Origin: Candidatus Firestoneibacteriota bacterium
GTDB taxonomy: Bacteria > Oederibacteriota > D2-FULL-39-29 > JBDRBU01
Direction of reading: 5' to 3'
NCBI GenBank assembly: GCA_043822305.1
Contig: JBDRBU010000068.1
Span: 1 to 19,461 of the forward strand
DNA: 19,461 nt
In this document: positions 17,214 through 19,461 of the stretch, one piece after another
Numbering within the stretch: the first letter of the stretch is position 1
Layout: every line of letters starts with the position of its first letter
Notes under the pieces: model-generated
The model's input: the letters and a program-made list of their open reading frames with translations, nothing else
Databases searched by the model: none
Told to the model about the DNA's origin: nothing
Translations under genes and position numbers: made by a program

Positions 17214-18598
17214 ATTATTAATATATACCCTATAAAAACCCCTAAGATAAGTCCGTAAATTGTTCTAAGTAATGATATAATAAAATTAGTATGAAGATGA
17301 CAAAATGTATTTATCATGGAAGTTTGACCAACAAATCCAAGACTAATAAATAAAATAGAAAATATTTTTTCAACATTATTTTTTGTCTTTGAGTAAAAAT
17401 ACAAACCAAAAATTAATAATGGATGTCCAATTAAAAACTCTTTTAGTCTTGGCCTGGCCACAAAAATATTTTCAAAAAACTCTCTAACATTTTCCTCAAA
17501 TGGAAATAGCGGAAAACTATAATTACCAGACCTTAAAATCATAAGAATAAAAAATACAACCAATAAACTTATTATTATTGGTAAAAAAAATTTTACCCAC
17601 GCACCAGAAGGTGCAGGGGTTGCTTTCAAAATTTCCTTATTAAGATACAAAAGATAAAAGAAAATAAAAAACGAAGGAAGCGCTAATGACAATTTTGCCC
17701 CTGCATATTGCTCTACTTTAATAAGAAACAATGAACTTGGCAATAATCCAGATATTAAAATTATTCCACAAAAAGAAGACACTAATATAACTAAAAATTT
17801 CCACTGGATTCTTTTCATCTTTAACGATACTATAAAACCAAAAATTGGGAAAATTATAGAAATTAAAAAAGATATGATTTTTTTAAACCAAATATATTTA
17901 TCAGAACCTAATATATATGGATTTTCATCTACTCTTCCTGTCACAAATCCTGATTTTATTAAATTTATTTTCAAATCTTCAATTAGCTCTAAATTTTCTC
18001 CCAGAATATCCTTAAAACCAAAATTTAATTTTACATAAAGAATTTTTATTTTCCTTTCCACACAAGCCCTTAAAAATCTTTTAATTATTTTATCTTTTGA
18101 GTATTTAAAAATCTCGTTTTCTTTAAATGTATGTAAGGTTATTAAATTTTCCGCATGAATTCCTTCATAACCAATTGGTTTATAAAATTCAACTAAGGCT
18201 ACTTTTAAGTTTTTCGCTATTACTGTTTTACTATTAAATATCTCATTATTTTCGAATATCACCACAGTCTTGGCATAAATGTCATTTAGGGTTTTTTCAT
18301 CTTCTTTGCAGATTTTTATTATTTTCCTTATTGATGCCCGATGTTTTGGCAAAACATCCAATGAGTCTAATTTAACAACAATTGAGTTTATGCCTTTTTT
18401 TTCAAAAACATCCAGCAATTTTGGTATTTCAGTTTTTGTTATAACGCTTAGATTTTTTAAATCTTCAAAATCTAAGGCCATCTCAACTACTTTGTTTTTT
18501 TCTTCTATGGAAATTCTTTTAATAATTTGGCAGATATATAATGAAAGTAATATTATAAGGGAAGAAAGAAAGATTAATATTATTATTCGTTTATTCAT
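17186..18598 (-). CDS. DUF5693-like membrane protein (csaB-associated)
   Basis: R...E..NK.VE.A.D, RA..ER.I..LY, GAKL, LRSGN, E..VR...E.....RPR.KEFLIGHP, S.INTFCHLHT....SL.R. Confidence 0.8.
   Translation of the reverse strand: MNKRIIILIFLSSLIILLSLYICQIIKRISIEEKNKVVEMALDFEDLKNLSVITKTEIPKLLDVFEKKGINSIVVKLDSLDVLPKHRASIRKIIKICKEDEKTLNDIYAKTVVIFENNEIFNSKTVIAKNLKVALVEFYKPIGYEGIHAENLITLHTFKENEIFKYSKDKIIKRFLRACVERKIKILYVKLNFGFKDILGENLELIEDLKINLIKSGFVTGRVDENPYILGSDKYIWFKKIISFLISIIFPIFGFIVSLKMKRIQWKFLVILVSSFCGIILISGLLPSSLFLIKVEQYAGAKLSLALPSFFIFFYLLYLNKEILKATPAPSGAWVKFFLPIIISLLVVFFILMILRSGNYSFPLFPFEENVREFFENIFVARPRLKEFLIGHPLLIFGLYFYSKTKNNVEKIFSILFISLGFVGQTSMINTFCHLHTNFIISLLRTIYGLILGVFIGYILIICQKIARKS
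17595..17620. repeat. GC-rich palindrome in-frame within the DUF5693-like gene
   Basis: ACCCAC-GCACC-AGAA-GGTGC-AGGGGT encodes TPAPSGAWV and shares GGTGCAGGG with 19227-19235. Confidence 0.5.
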
Positions 18599-18606
18599 AT
18601 TTTTAT

Positions 18607-19167
18607 TTATTTTTTTTGTTTGCGGATATTTTCAATCGTTTTATACACTAAAATTCCTAATACGCCAAATAAAAATCCTATAATCATTCCACCAATTACA
18701 TCAAATGGGTAATGCACCCCAACATATATTCTTGAAAAGCCAATGATGCAGGATAAAATTATAAAACATACTCCAATTTTTTTTGAAAAGTAAGTAACAA
18801 TAGTAGCCAGAGCAAATGAGTTTGCGGCATGATTAGAAGGGAATGAAAGATAACCCGCATTTACAAGATCATACACATGCGGTAGGACATAAAACGGTCT
18901 TATTCTTCCAATAAATGGTTTAACAACTCTGTAACAAAAAAAGTCGACAAAAACAACCACAATTATACCTAAAATTATTGCGATTTTAACCTCCTTCTTG
19001 CCAAATATAAATAAAACCACAAGAACAACCAAAAGAGGAAATATCCAGTATTTTACATTAGTAATAATCGGCATTAAAAAATCAAGAACAGGATTTTTTA
19101 AATTATTATTTATAAAATAAAATATAGTGATATCTATTTTTATAATAAAATTTAAGATTTCTTCCAT
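18607..19167 (-). CDS. PAP2-family membrane phosphatase (undecaprenyl-PP/lipid phosphatase-like)
   Basis: K....R.RP, SFPSNH and SRIYVGVHYPFD catalytic motifs. Confidence 0.93.
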   Translation of the reverse strand: MEEILNFIIKIDITIFYFINNNLKNPVLDFLMPIITNVKYWIFPLLVVLVVLFIFGKKEVKIAIILGIIVVVFVDFFCYRVVKPFIGRIRPFYVLPHVYDLVNAGYLSFPSNHAANSFALATIVTYFSKKIGVCFIILSCIIGFSRIYVGVHYPFDVIGGMIIGFLFGVLGILVYKTIENIRKQKK

Positions 19168-19204
19168 ATTATGACTTTCAATAGTGTAAATAAATAATAC
19201 TTGT

Positions 19205-19271
19205 CCTGTGCCTGAGCCTTGTGAATGGTGCAGGGTTAGGAATAGTTGCCCGCATTAGACGGGCAGACTAT
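19205..19271. repeat. Two adjacent intergenic hairpins
   Basis: CCTGTGCC/GGTGCAGG (19205-19234, two G-T pairs) and ATAGTTGCCCG-N7-CGGGCAgACTAT (19242-19271). Confidence 0.5.
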
Positions 19272-19324
19272 GCATTTTTAGTATTTAAAGGCCATGAGGG
19301 TCCATTTTTTTGATTGATATACTT

Positions 19325-19388
19325 GTTGCCTCACATAAGAATCGATACGAAATAAGGTATCGTTGCCTCATATAAAATCTATATGAAA
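19325..19388 (+). repeat. Imperfect direct repeat, two copies starting 37 bp apart
   Basis: GTTGCCTCACATAAGAATCGATACGAAA (19325-19352) versus GTTGCCTCATATAA-AATCTATATGAAA (19362-19388). Confidence 0.7.
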
Positions 19389-19461
19389 CTTTTATTGGAT
19401 TTAATAAAAATAGGTGAAAAAGTGAAACCCCCATCTTTACCACTAAAACACTATCAAGTTT

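Noticed and set aside
4455..18683. Plus-strand short ORFs opposite the minus-strand genes
   Set aside because: All overlap confidently assigned genes and have the Phe/Ser/Leu-rich composition of antisense shadows.
19325..19389. CRISPR array (GTT...GAAAC 28-mer with internal hairpin)
   Set aside because: Only two divergent copies separated by 9 bp, far too short for a spacer; no cas genes in the window.
19285..19461. 58-codon open frame on the minus strand running in from the window edge
   Set aside because: No recognisable protein motif, and it crosses the DNA repeat whose copies differ by a 1-nt indel; probably fortuitous.

Overview
AT-rich bacterial window, probably from a diderm organism (TonB/ExbBD motor and a beta-barrel protein). 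It opens with the 3' end of an IS30-family transposase, followed by a plus-strand class II (B12-dependent) ribonucleotide reductase nrdJ with a sigma70 promoter and tandem NrdR boxes. All other genes lie on the minus strand. In transcription order they are: PAP2 phosphatase, DUF5693-like membrane protein, csaB, PHP hydrolase, DUF1080-like protein, a small membrane protein and a LOG-family protein. Next comes a tightly coupled envelope operon: giant TPR protein, short TonB-dependent-like barrel, ExbB, ExbD, TonB and a TPR-SpoIID/LytB lipoprotein. The run ends with a RAYT-type Y1 HUH transposase, a DUF3307-like protein and an M42 aminopeptidase. The most unusual signal is a family of short GGGACACA-core repeats. 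Two copies flank the RAYT gene in inverted orientation, and two lie in-frame in the signal peptides of unrelated envelope proteins, both reading KMGCVP. Also seen: a gene-less IS200/IS605-like double-hairpin element, a second palindrome family in-frame in a membrane protein, an ExbB lacking both conserved TM prolines, and a possible transposon end at the right edge. All family assignments come from motif recognition by eye; no database searches were run.
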